A DNA stretch of 64,000 nucleotides from Cetorhinus maximus. Lineage: Eukaryota. This document shows, piece by piece, positions 1 to 12,569 of this stretch. The position numbers and the translations under genes were made by a program. How positions within the stretch are numbered: the first letter of the stretch is position 1; each line of letters begins with the position of its first letter. The notes beneath the pieces were generated by a model. The model did not search any database and was not told the DNA's origin. It saw nothing but the letters and a program-made list of their open reading frames with translations. The stretch is from NCBI RefSeq assembly GCF_964194155.1, contig NC_135890.1:97092001-97156000 (forward strand), read 5' to 3'.

Positions 1-667
1 CTTGTGAGAGAGACTGTAGGTCACGCATTGGACTCTTCATTCACCTGAGAACTTATTTTTAGTGTGTTAGCAAGTCATCCTTCACCCCGAGGGACAGCCT
101 AAGAAGATTATTCCCATGCCTATAGAAGATTTTTGGATTTGCTTTTATGTTAGCTGCCAGTCTCTTCTCATACTCTCTCTTTGCCTCTCATTTCTTTCTT
201 TACTTCCCCTTTACCATCTTCAGCCTGGTTCTCACTTGTATAATCAACATATACACACAAATTACATAAACGCCAATGGGTCCATCATTTGTTATGCTTC
301 AATGACAGCACAATGCTGGCTCACTTGGAACCTGGCATTTACCATCATTCCTGCTTTTCTGGTTTTCCTGTATATGTTCATATGTCATCATTTAATTTAA
401 GCATACGTTTCAGTCCTCAGTGATTTTTGCTGACAGTGTCTCACTGATTAATGTCATCAGACCATATCATACACACCTTTTGTATTTCATCTAACTCGAT
501 TGTTAGCAATAGTTATTACTCTGATCGCCATTAAAAAACCAGTTGCATCTCAGTGAACAAGGCTTAACTTTTTATGGTGTTTCTAACCGCAATACGAGAG
601 GGGAAAAGGGGATGTTTCACCAAATCAATTGATTTTGACAATTGCTGGTTCTCTGGGGGCATCCAAA

Positions 668-1039
668 GGGGAGGCAGTGGTGTAGTGGTATTGTGACTGG
701 ATTAATATTCCAGGGACCCAGGGTAATGCTCTGGGGACCTGGGTTTGAATCCCACCACAGCAGATGGTGAAATTTGAATTCAGTTAAAAATCTGGAATAA
801 GAAGTCGAATAATGATGACCATAAAACCATTGTCAATTGTCGTAAAAAGCCATCTGGTTCATTAGTCCTCTTTAGGAAAGGAAATCTGCTGCCCTTACCT
901 GGTCCGGCCTACATGTGACTCCAGACCCACAGCAATGTTGTTAGCTCTTAAATACCCTCTGAACACTGGCAGTTAGGGATGGGCAATAAATGTTGGCCTA
1001 GCCAGCGATGCCCACATCCCATAAACCAATAAAAAAAAG
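668..1039 (+). mobile_element. tRNA-derived SINE, near full length
   Basis: Pol III A box TGGTGTAGTGG and B box GGTTTGAATCC; A-rich tail after gggcaataaatg...cccacatccc; related copies at 41910-42245 and 54515-54637. Confidence 0.85.
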
Positions 1040-1799
1040 AGCAGTGAACAATAGGTGCAATTTCAGGATTTCCATTAATCTGTGCGTACACTAAATCCTG
1101 AAGATATGGTCAGATTCAGATGCCTAACAGTTTGCCGTCAAAAGCTCTGCAAACTCCAGGCCATTTTTGCTTAAACAGAAGCTTTAAACTGAGCGCTTGG
1201 TCTGTTGATGCTAATTAGTGAGAAATAGTCAGCAAAAATCACTAAGGCCTGGAAAATATGCTTAAATTAAAGGATGATATAATTAGGTTGGTTGAACATA
1301 TACAGGAAAACCAGAAAAGCCGTTATGACAGTAATGCCAGGTTCCAAGAAAGCCAGCATTGTGCTGTCAGTGAAGCATAACAAATGATGGACCCATTGGC
1401 GTTTATGTAGATTATGTAATTGAGATATAGTTGACCATGTAACAGAGTCTCCTGCATAACTATACTAAAACTGCACTTCAACTGCTAAGACATGGCCCGA
1501 TGTTGTATACCCACCCCAGTGAAGGGAGAGAAATGCAACCCTAATTCCCTCCTTGTGGGAAAGATGTAACCAAAAAGTGATAATTTCCTGTTCCTTCCCC
1601 TTTAATGCAAGTTGTCTTGTGACAAATTCAACTGCGATTACCAATTTTGAGTTTTACATCTCGCAAATAATAATGCTGTTATACACAGGTATTTAATATT
1701 CAAAAAATGTATTATTTAACAAGTTGCTGATTCATAGTAATATTGAGGCTTTGGAATTTGTGCAGAGGCAAGCAACTAGATGAACTCCCAGCTCAAAGC

Positions 1800-2405
1800 A
1801 TTTTAATTATCAAAAGAGCCTGAATTCTACACTTTAAAGAATGGTAGACATGGGTGTGATCTGTTCAAGGTTTATAAGATGATGAAGGAAATAGATTTTA
1901 TTTACTTCTGTAATTCTGTTCAAGATTCCAGTTAAATTAGGTCAAGGGGAACAGAGTCACCATTTAAATATGTACTAGACCAGATCTAGATTAGGTGTGA
2001 GGAATTAGTTCTTTGCCCAAAGGATAGTGGACTTCTGAACCAGGCTACCAGGTTGTGTGGGAGGAGATACTGATTTGCTGATTTTTTTCAAGTGAGAGCT
2101 GGATTGTTTCTAGCTGGAGCAGAGATCACCTCTTAGAAATGATTGGTACTGCACAGAATTATCAAGACTGGAGTGATATCTTGGTCTAGTTTTGATCATC
2201 TAGGTGAGGTTTGTAGAGGAGTTCCCAGATGTTTTTTCCTCCCAAGTTAGCCTGGGGGTTTTTATCTTTTTTTTTCTCTCCCAGGAGATTACATAGTTTT
2301 GGGTGGGGTGGCATTTGAATATGTTGAAATGCACAAGGTATCACAATTGTGTGGGACAAGTTGCATAGACCAGATAGTCTTTTTCTGTCCACCACAGCTC
2401 ATATA
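1800..2405 (+). mobile_element. Old CR1-like LINE 3' fragment
   Basis: Decayed ORF2 C-terminal pattern (..DLFKVYKMMK.. then RGHxxK-like and FFxQRxV-like segments) similar to the younger CR1s in the window. Confidence 0.5.
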
Positions 2406-4319
2406 GTAGAAATTAAAAAGACCAATTTGTTCCTAGGCTGGTCTCTCTGCTTTTTCCTCCGCTCATTGCTATCTGGGTTAGAAAAGACCTGAAGATGGCT
2501 ATAAGTGGAAAGAGGCTCTATATATAGTGTGCAAAAATGGAGGAAGCCATTTGGCACTGTCTGAAAAAGGCCTTAAAGGGATGGGGATCCCTAGTGATCT
2601 CCCTATTATTATGTTGACCTTAGTTTTGGTATGTGGAGGGTGAGTTAAAGAATGGGGAATACTACACCAAGTTAGCTTATTACATTTATTTTTTTAAATA
2701 ATTTTCCATAGGAACAGTGTTAAAAGCCCAAAGCTTTATGGTTTCATTTTATTCTTGTACAAATAAAGGAATGTGTATATCCATGCCAGTTGTTACTTAG
2801 AAGTGTAGGCAATGACAATGTGTTCAAAATGTAGTCGCCTGCTGTGTTAAATATTAAGTTAGGAATATGTTAGCTTGCTTTAAGTGCTCTACTTCTGAAT
2901 AAGTCATACAAAGGGTTGCCAGTATACTTGATTAGTTATTAATCATCAACATCTTAATTGAAGTTCACAAATAATGTCAAATTAATGTTTATACTGTGTT
3001 GAAATATAATGTAAAAAATTGTTTTTTGAAGAAATTCACATGCAGTGTAATTTTTCAGAAGTCCAAAAGTGAAGGCAAGAAAATATTTGTACAACATAAA
3101 ACAATAATTTATTGCCAGTAACATAGTTTCATATGCAATAAAAATGGGATCTAATTCCATCAACCTAAAGTATTTTCTTGAAACTATACACCCTCTACAT
3201 ATAACATTCAATAAAGTACTCGAGTTACGTTTGTATCAATGTATTTTTGGAAACAACAAGGAAAATGACCTTGGTCGGAGAAGCTTTGCCAGTTTAAGAC
3301 TTCATTTGGTTGCAATGCCACTTCATATCAGATGTAAACTGCAATTTACCCCATTAGTTCTTACATAAATGAAGAGTGCAGGCTTACTGAGGGCAAATTC
3401 AAATAGAAAGCGCACAATGAATACATCCAACATTTTATAAATAAGCTTAGTTACTTGCAAAAAATATTTATTTTCTGTGAAGTAATAAATCTGCTCAAAG
3501 CTGCATGTCAGACTAGGCTTTGTTTTTTGACATGTTTATGAGGTGAAACCTGCATTTTACATTTACCAATTTATGGTGATCCCATTATTCAACTTTATAG
3601 ATTATGAAAAACATGACTCTCCATTTGATTTAAAGAAATGCAGTTTGTTGTGCAGATATGAAAAAAATATTTTCACAAGTTAAATTATATATCAGTTTGA
3701 AGCATATACCAACAATGCTTAAAAGCTGTCAGAAATTAATGTTGTATACATTTTGATCTCCTTCACTATTTCTTGGTCTGGCCTTTGCATGTTCCAATTC
3801 GCAGAAGCATACAACCACTTCCTATCTTCTGTCAATCAAACTGACTGATTAGAGTTACATAAAAACCTCACAGTTCACTCTTTATAGTTTGAATCTTACA
3901 ACATGGCTGTGGTTCTGAACTTGCCTTGTGAAACATAGCAGCCACAAATTAGGATTTGTAGTGGAAACATCCACCACTCCACCACCTCAAATAATTGAAA
4001 GCAACCTCAGTGGATGAAGGAATTTGGCAGATAATTGAAAGCCCCCAAATTTTGGTTTCACGTCTAAGGGACGGGAAATGAAGATAACTACAATATAAAT
4101 AAAATGAACTGGATTCAATCTTTCTTGGACAGTGAATTTGATTTATATCCAACACAGAGGGATGTTGGCAAGCTGAGCAATAAACAACACCTGTGCATGG
4201 TTTTGTTTCTTGAAAATTCTGGTGGATAAGTGGGATGTTGGATCACTTAAGTGTGGATATTGGGAATTTTATTTGCATCACTTTGATACAGTACAGCGAA
4301 GCAACAATGCATTATCACT

Positions 4320-4528
4320 AAAATAAAAGAAAATTACCACAGATGCTGGAAATCTGAAATAAAAACAGAGAATGCTGGAAAAACTCAGCAGGTCTGGCTG
4401 CATTTGTGGGGAGAGAAACAGAGTTAATGTCCTGAGTCCACTATAACACTTCTTCGGGTCTCAAGAAGCAGTCATTTTGGACTCAAAACGTTAACTCTGT
4501 TTCTCTTTAAACTGATGCTGCCAGACCA
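4320..4528. mobile_element. Penelope-derived terminal repeat, decayed inverted pair
   Basis: Same repeat as 18372/26488/48410; arms about 4390-4440 and 4478-4528 are inverted; hammerhead cores are degenerate. Confidence 0.75.
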
Positions 4529-4705
4529 CATGCTGCATTCATATGCTTCATTAACTTAACTCCTGACATCCAAAAGCCTTTTGGATACATTTCTTTGGAT
4601 AGGATTTAAAGTGCTACAGCATTATTTATTTACAACCTTGCAAATAAGTTGCAAACAATTCAAATTCTATTGCATTCTAATTTTTAACTCAATCTTGCCT
4701 AAATA

Positions 4706-7611
4706 ACATGGATCACAGTGTATAAGTCGACCTGGTCTATAAGATGACCCAATTTCTTTGACGCCAAAAATCATGTTTCTGCATATACTTGGCATAAAAG
4801 TCAACCCCCCTCCCCCTTTCAGCTACAAAATGCTATGCTCGCATCAGTAGTTGGCTCAATTTTTCACCCCAGATATGCATGTTTTACTTACCTTATTTTG
4901 TAAGTTGGCACATGAGATCAAGCAGGTGATATGGGCTGTGTTGCGAAGAAAATACTCTGGACTTTAAGATACGGGTACACAGAGCAGACCATGCATGGCA
5001 TAGCGAGCAACAAACAGAAATGGGTCCTCCAGCAAAACGAATGAAAGACGAAACTGCTTTCAAGTTAAAAGTCGTAACATTTGTTAACTCATCAAATAGC
5101 TGTTCTACAGTGAGGGAATTCGGTGTTAATGAAAAACTGGTGCGAGAATGAAAGAAGAAGATTCCCAAGACCAAATGTGCCATCAGACCTGGGGACCAGC
5201 CCCTGGCCTGATCTTGAGAAGCATGCATCGGAATTAGTCCTCGAAAATCACTGCAATGTTTACACCCTCTCCAGAAATGCAATACAAATATATGCACTTA
5301 AGTGGGCCAAATCAAACCCTGAGTCCAGCAAAGATTTCAGACCGATAGCTGGCTGATGTAGTCGCTTTATGGAATGAACGGTCTAGCGTTGTTGCAGAAG
5401 ACCCAAGATTGCTCAAAGACTACCAGAAGATTTTGATGTGAAAATTATCAGTTTCCAGTGTTTCAGTACCCATTAAGTCACAACAAGAATGAAACACCCA
5501 TGAATTTGGATATGCCCAGCGCCCAAACTGTGGAGTGAAAAGGTTTGAAAACAGTTCTAATGAAAATCACAGGACATGAGAAGACAAGATTCACAATGGG
5601 ACTAGCCTGCACAGCCAATGGAACAAAATTAAAGCCTATGGTCATTTTCAAATATAAAACCACGACAAACATTAACTTCCTTGCAGGGGTTTTTGTGCAT
5701 GTGCACAACAACCGTTGGATGGGTGAGGATGGAGTGAGGTTATTGATCGATAATGTGTACAATAGGCCTATGTAAAGAATGCAGCTTATTTGTGTGGGAC
5801 ATGTTCAGAACCCATATCAAAAGGTGCCTGCTAAGAAATAACAACCGCATTGCAGTTATACCGGGGGGTGGGGTGGGGGAGGGGGAGGTGCGGTCTAACT
5901 TCCATTGTTCAACCTTCGGGTGTGTGCCTCAGCAAGCCATTCAAGGGTCATGTTCGCGCCAAATTAATAGGTGGATGATTGATGAAGATAAAACCTTCAT
6001 AAAGAGTGGAAACATGCATGCTGTCCCCCTTGATGTTTTGTGTGGTTTCAGTATTAAATCATTGGATGCTATTAGTGCGTAAACTGTCATTAGACTGTTC
6101 AAAAAATGCAGATACAGCAAGTCTTCATTTTAATGGTGCCCTCTTTAACTTTTAACTTTAATATCAGTAAGTTATTGGGGCCTGTAATCTCATTGACCGT
6201 TGCGAGATTCATTTTAACGTTGTTTCCTACATGACCCGATGGGTGCCATTTTGGAATGGCCTCTCCTGGCTCTCCAAGTTATGGCCTCCCACCCTCCCCC
6301 GGTGTCTGAGTTGTGGCTTCTTCCCCTTTCCTGGTCCACCCTTTTGCCACTTCCCTCTCCTGGACTTGCATTCTGTTTAAGATCCAGATCCAATCTGAAG
6401 CCGGAGCTCCGATGTTGTGGAAGTGTGAGCCCTGGAAGGTGCAGAAATGCTGAGCTGGGGCTGCTACAATCCACCTCTTTTTTTCCAACGGCTGTTGAAG
6501 CTGCTCCTGTCTCGCTGCTCTCCTCCCAAGCCCTCGCTCACAGTGAGCATTTAGGAGAGGGGAGCAGCGAGTGGGAGCATTTTTAAAAAAGACGTGGATT
6601 GTAGCAACCCCAGCTTGGCATTTCTGCACCATCGGGACCCTCACTTCCACAACATTGGAGCTCCGGCTTCGGATTGGATCTGGATCTTAAATGAAATGCA
6701 AGTCCAGGAGAGGGAAGTGGCGAGTGGGCGGGTGGGTCAGGGAAGAGGAATTGGCCACAGCTCAGAGGCCGGGGTGGGGAAGTGAGTGTTGCAGGCTGCA
6801 TTCAGAGATCAGGGAGTGGAGAGAGGCCATAACTCAGAGGGTCAGGGAGGGGGAGAGGCCACAATCTGGAGGGTTAGGAAGGGGGAGGATCTGCAACAAC
6901 CAGGAGGATCAGGAAACAGGAGGTTTGAGAAGCAGGATCCACAGCGAGCAAGAGGCACTATACGTAGAAAAAATATTTTTCTTATATATTTTTAAACTTA
7001 TTTTATTTTAACAGTTATTTCATTTACCAATGTAGGAAACTAGCAATGTAAAATATTTAAACTTAGAGGTTATATGTTTTAATATTTGTTTTTTTCTGAT
7101 AAGGAGGGCCCTACAGAACCTAACTACAGTTTGATTCCTATGGGAACCAATGTTTCACTTAAAGTCCTTTCACTTAATGTTGTGATTTTCAGGAATGCAA
7201 CCCCACAACATTAAGTAAGGACTTACTGTATCCAATTCGATGGATGGAGAGGAAGATGATTTGTTGTAGAGGGATAATGCTGAAACCAAAAGCAACAAAT
7301 CTGATCCAGAGCGATGATGATGCCATAGCCAAAGTGACTCAGAATGAATTCGCTGACCACTTTGCATCAGATGCTGAGGATAATGAATTTAACAGTTTTA
7401 AAATGCTTTGATTGTGGTTAAAGGTGTCTCTGTACAATTAATTAATTCAATAAGCCGTGCCACATTAATTTAGTATGAATTACTGGTGTTTTTTTTTCAC
7501 ATTTCAAAATGATGACCACCCACACCGACGGTTCACATTTTATGCTCGACACACAAGTTGACCCCCATTTTTGGAGGCTTCAAAGGTTGACTTATACATT
7601 GCGATCTACGG
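4706..7611 (+). mobile_element. Decayed pogo-superfamily (POGK-like) DNA transposon
   Basis: ~27-bp imperfect TIRs (acatggatcacagtgtataagtcgacc / ggttgacttatacattgcgatctacgg) flanked by TA; broken transposase at about 5030-7300 with a Brinker-like AFKLKVV..REFGVNEKLVRE segment and DDE_1 motifs (ETPMNLDMP, TGHEKTRFT, KLKPMVIFK, VWDMFRTH, IAVIPGG, KKCxISNSMDGEEDD); several stops and frameshifts. Confidence 0.9.
6115..7228. mobile_element. Tigger-type non-autonomous element nested in the pogo transposase
   Basis: TIRs cagcaagtcttcattttaatg / cattaagtaaggacttactg with TA duplication (6113-14, 7229-30); removing it rejoins the host frame KKCR-ISNSMDGEEDD. Confidence 0.85.
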
Positions 7612-7751
7612 TATACTTACTTATGTATATGAAATCTATATTTGTAGCTTTAAATGTTCCGACTTGAGATCCAGCATTTGTATACCAAAAGTGAGTTCAG
7701 TATCCAACATTTTGCAATATATACGTATTTTCAAAATGAATTCAAAATTTC

Positions 7752-8135
7752 TTCACAGAATCTTTACAGTACAGAAGGAGGCCCTTTGGCCCATCGAGTC
7801 TGCCCTGGCTCTCTGAAAGAGCATTCTACCTAGTCCCAATCCCCTGCCTTATCCCCATAACCTAGCACATTCCTTCTTTCAGATAGCAATCTAATTCCCT
7901 TTTGAATACCTCGATTGAAATTGCCTCCACCACCCTCTCAGGAAGTTCGTTCCAGACTCCAACCACCCTCTAGGCGAAAAACTTTGCCTCACATCACATT
8001 TACTCCTTTTGCCAATTATTTTTAATGTGTCCCCTCTAGTTCTTGATGCTGTCTTGAGTGGGAACAGTTTCTCACTATTTACCCTGTCCGTACCTCTTAG
8101 GATCTTGAATACTTCTATCAAGTCCCCTCTTAGTG
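7752..8135 (-). mobile_element. CR1 LINE 3'-end fragment
   Basis: Minus-strand LRGDLIEVFKILRGTDRV..LFP..TRG; attctgtg-type tail near 7752. Confidence 0.85.
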
Positions 8136-8852
8136 GAAACCTAGTCCAGCAAAGAGTTGGGGGAAGAGTATGAAGAAATGTAAAAAGAAATCTCAACTTC
8201 AATATTATTTATACTGTTTTGCATGCCTTCCTTTTTAGTGCCTTTCCTTTATTATAGAGATAACTGTGGCATCATTTCATACAGTAATCCAGAAAAAGAA
8301 ACGTAAATTGAAGGATCAATTTTCTTTCTGGACTGGGTCTAATTATACTATTCATCAAATCCTCCTTGACTAACAAATTCCTTCAATTCCATACTTCAGA
8401 CCTGAGACCAAAATTTGGGGGCTTTTGATTATTTGCCAAATTCCATCACCACCAGGTTTGCCCTTCCATTATTTCAGTTTATGGAGGTTACCACTGCAAA
8501 TGCAAGTTTCTGGTTGTTATATTTCACAAGACAACTTCAGAGCCACAGCTGTACTGTTACCTGGAAACTGTAAAGGGTGAACCATGAGGCTTTCATGTAC
8601 CTTGAAGCAGCCAGCCCTACACTGTCCCTACATATCATAAACAGATCATTTATCACAACAACTGTTTGCTTCCTATTTTTATGGTGATACTTAGAAAGTC
8701 AAGGGGTATATATTACAAGTAATGAACCACAATTGGAATGTGCCTTTGTTTGTAGCTTGTTTCATAATAAGATTAATATGTTATCCTTTTCTGGAGCTTT
8801 GCAGTTTCATGAACTACAGGGCTATTTTTTTCCAGTGCATATGACTGTTTTT

Positions 8853-8970
8853 CAGAGCTCTGAAGAAAAGTCATACGGACTCGAAATATGAACTCTGTGT
8901 CTCTCTCCACAGATGCTGTTAGACCTGCTGAGTTTTTCCGACATTTTCTGTTTTTGTTTCAGATTTCCAA
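8853..8970 (+). mobile_element. Penelope-derived terminal repeat, single copy
   Basis: ctgaagaaaagtcatacggactcgaaa..cagatgctg..gacctgctgagtttttcc; same family as 32932-33636. Confidence 0.8.
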
Positions 8971-9065
8971 ATTTTTTTCCCGAGTGTTTGATGTACCGCA
9001 TATTGCTCCTTTCATATTAACAATTATTTAAAATTTTGGGGCATCGTATATCAGAACTTGTTAAC

Positions 9066-9940
9066 TGTGGGTCAGTTGGTAGCATTCTAGCCTATGGGTG
9101 GAATCTTCTGTTCGGCGAGCTGGGGGAGTGGTCCCCACTCACCGACGCGTAAAATGATGCAGGGTGATGTCGGGCGTGCATCCCGATGTCACCCGCGTCA
9201 TTTACATTCTCAGGTCGGCAGGCGTTCAGCCAAATCGGCTGTGCACCCACCGACCTGTCAACAGCCTATTAAGGTAATTAAAAAACTTATTGAAACCATT
9301 AATGGACCTGCCCGTCCAACCTTACCATTGGCGGGCAGGCTGGGAGCCCTGACGGGTTTCTGAAAAAACCTGAAACCTCATCCACGGGCGGGATGAGGTT
9401 TCATGAGGGATTTTAAAATTTCAGAGTGTGTTAAAATAAAAGTTATGGGCATGTCCCAACTCATGACAGTGTCATGTGAGGGGACATGGCAGCGAAATTT
9501 TTTCCTCATCTTTATTTAAAGATTCAAGTCTGAGCCGATCTCCCTGAGGCAGCACTTTGCCTCATGGAGATGACTGCGCTATTTCGTGCGCATGCGTGAA
9601 AGAGCGCACTCCCGGCTCAGGGATTCCCTTCCCTGCCCGAGCAAGGAGTGCTATGCACTCCCTGGTGCACGTCACGCTGGGCGGGCCTTAATTGGCCCGC
9701 CCACGTAAAAGCACGGCACACCCCCAATCAGGGGCACCGACAAGGATCTCGCCCGCCCATGCCCGCTCCCGCACATCTCCCCCGACGGGGGGAAAATGAT
9801 GCCCTATGTCTCAGAAGGTTGTAGGTTCAAGCTGCACAGCAGGGTTTGAACACAAAAATCAAGGCTGACATTCGAGTGCATTACTGAGTGAGTGCTGCAC
9901 TTTTGAAGGCTCTGTCTTTCAAATGAGACATTAAATAAAG
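9066..9940 (+). mobile_element. DeuSINE 5' part, interrupted by a Harbinger MITE
   Basis: Head ggtagcattctagcct...ctcagaaggttgtaggttcaag and the start of the Deu-like domain rejoin across 9096-9804. Confidence 0.65.
9096..9804 (+). mobile_element. PIF/Harbinger-type MITE
   Basis: GGG..CCC termini (gggtggaatctt / aaaatgatgccc), 3-bp TSD TAT, CpG-rich interior, related inverted copy at 34412-34786. Confidence 0.8.
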
Positions 9941-10546
9941 CAGTTTGGAGCAATAGGTAGATCTATTATTTTATGATAGTTGAATATTCTTATGCAGAGC
10001 ACAATGTTTCACCTTATTTTGTTTTACCTTTTGCTTTGTTTCACCTTATTACTCGTCACTTGATGAAGTACTTATTTAATTACGTAACAATACTTAAAAT
10101 GAACACAACTGTGATGCTGAAGTTTGACAAGTTCCAGTGTCCAATGAATCTGTTTTCTTTACAACTTCTTGCAATGCAGTTTGAAATTCTACCTGCTACA
10201 TCAAAACAAAATCGACCTCAGCAGGAGGCAGTGCACCAATGCAGAATCAAATGATTTCCCTATGACAGACACTGGAGTCATGGGGTGGTAAGGGTTAATC
10301 TTGCAAACTTCCAAGTGACCAATTCAAGAGTGATGTTTTCAGAGGCTGAGCATCAGTCATTCTATCAATCTTTTTGTGAGGGAATAATGTGAGGAGTTGG
10401 TCTTTTTGTTGTTGGGGAGAAAGATGTGAAGAGAGTTTTGCGAAACAGAAATGATGCACAACAGAGAAATAGGGTTACAAATTTTCAAAATCTTTCCCCC
10501 ACGTAATCAGTTCACTATCCCAGCTGTCACCAATGCAAAAATAATA

Positions 10547-11977
10547 GGCCATGAAATTGGGCTCCTCAGTGCTGCTGATGTTGGTGCCACAAAAGTGCCA
10601 AAGATAAAAAATGGCAGCTGGAACACTTCCATCCACCTCTTGTGTGGCTCCTGCAATGTGCCCTGGCTGTCAGGGCACTAATGCAAGTGTGTTGTGCATG
10701 CACAGAAGCATGCAGATTGGGTAGATTGGAGTGACAATCAGCCTCTTTGGCTGATTTGATGCATATTCTGTATTGTGGACTGCTTTTAGTCCAGTTAATG
10801 GCCCAATTCATTCTCAGCTGAACTTGCATTCAGTTGAACAAGGGACACCCCCCCCAAACTAGTGTTATATCACAGGGCCAGGTACCCAACTTGCAGGTGA
10901 GGTGCTTACTTTTGCTCTTGCAAATTTTATGAAAGTACTCTGGTGCATTCTTAGAGGCATTTTGGTGAGCTGTTGGATTTGAAAGGTATTGTATCAAAAC
11001 AGGGAGGTCAGAGAGAGTCTTCTGTCCTGTGAACAGAAAATCAGTTGGAGTTATGGAGGCTGCAGAACTCCTTGGGTTGTATATGTCAGTGAAATGGAAC
11101 ACTAGTTGCAGGGAGAGGAAGCTTTGTGCAGAGGGAGAAGGAGGAGAGCTCGCAACTGAAGGATTTACCCATCCAGGGTATTCAGGGAGCATTTCTCCTA
11201 TCTCCAGCTCAGCCAGGAGTAATGTATGAAGCACCTGATGGTTACTGAACTGTGCCAATTCCTTCAACAGAATAAACAACCACACAGCAGGGCAAGGACA
11301 ACACTGCCAGTGGCCATCAGGTCGCCATCATTCTCAACTTCTATGCAAATGCACTTTTCCAGATCAAAGCTGCAAACACAGCCAATATTTCCCAGTTTGC
11401 CATCCATCATTGCATCAGAGAGGTGATGGATGCCCCATACTCCAGGAGAGAGGTTAGAGGAACAGACACATGGCTTTGTCACGGTAACAGAATTCCCAAT
11501 GCTGCAGGGAGCCACTGACTGCAAACACATGGCTCTGCGAGTGCCACATGCAAACACGGAGATAACAATCTGGGCTGGCTGGCTGAGGCACCAGAAAGGA
11601 CACTGGTGCAGTGGTGGTGGTGGAAGCACGAATGCTGGACCCCTGGAGAAACATTGCTTTTCTTCTCCTTTGCATCTCCTTTCCTAATGCTTCCACCACC
11701 ACATTGGAAAACCTGGGAACCCTTGGTCTGCTCAGCTGCTTCATTTAGTGTGCTTCTCCTTGTTGTCACTTTCTCCCCAGTCAGCAGCAGCATCTGTATG
11801 ATGAGTGCAGCTTACCTTTTAAGAGGGGCAGGTTGTCTTTAAGACATGTTTGCTGGTTGAACCATGTGCTAGTCATGCATGCTGCTTGGCCCCCCTGCTG
11901 AGCCAGCTGCAGTGACTTCACCATGGAGCTGAACCATGACAGGCTTGGGGTAGAAAAGGAGTGCTCAATTTCTTTCC
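10547..11977. mobile_element. Internally deleted Harbinger element (transposase N-half on +, Myb/SANT N-terminus on -)
   Basis: + strand remnants VTELCQFLQ..RARTTLPVAI and FPMLQGATDCKHMALRVP (the GAIDCTH motif); - strand RVPRFSNVVVEALGKEMQRRRKAMF; imperfect TIRs ggccatgaaattgggc / gctcaatttctttcc. Confidence 0.75.
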
Positions 11978-12039
11978 TCCTCTTTCCACACCAGGGGATA
12001 ATCTGAAGCCAAGGGCATCTCTTAGAAACTAGACAGACA

Positions 12040-12260
12040 TATTTACATTTATATATCACCTTTCACAAGCTCAAGACATCCCAAAGAGTTTTAATGCCAA
12101 TTAAGTACTTTTGAAGTGTAGTCACTGTTGTAATGTAGGATACAGGGCAGCCAATTTGCACACAGCAAACTCCCACAAAAGCAATGAGATAATGACCAAA
12201 TAGTCTGTTTCCAAAACATAGACTGAGGGATAAATATTGACTAGGACAACGGGAAGAATA
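12040..12260 (-). mobile_element. DeuSINE, 3' half (host of the Gypsy insertion)
   Basis: Deu-type core gcacacagcaaactcccacaaa..tgagggataaatattg..ggacaacgggaagaa, which continues at 19357. Confidence 0.75.
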
Positions 12261-12569
12261 TGCAGTAAAGGTTAACATTCCAATCACACATGATGCTGAT
12301 GTAATAATGGTGTCAGATCACATGACTGAGAAGTAAGAGAGATCTGGAAGAAGGAGAAGCGCCAACTTGGTGCAGGGATCCAAATGTGTAAATACTTGTT
12401 GTAAATAAAGAGTAATGGTTTTAAGAAACTACAGACTCGAGCAGCATAATTTGGGAGGATAGACAATCCCCAAAAACCCTGTATAGACCCCTACCAGAAA
12501 ATGCAACATGGCAGCAGCGAGTAAAAGATCCAGTGAATCTTAAAAGGAAGATGCAGGGCTGGTAAGAAA

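Noticed and set aside
668-760. tRNA gene (also 42160-42245 and 54545-54637)
   Set aside because: A/B boxes belong to SINE heads followed by SINE body or tail; no complete cloverleaf.
5020-7300. Host POGK gene
   Set aside because: No KRAB exon, many stops and frameshifts, a nested MITE, and TIRs with TA duplication.
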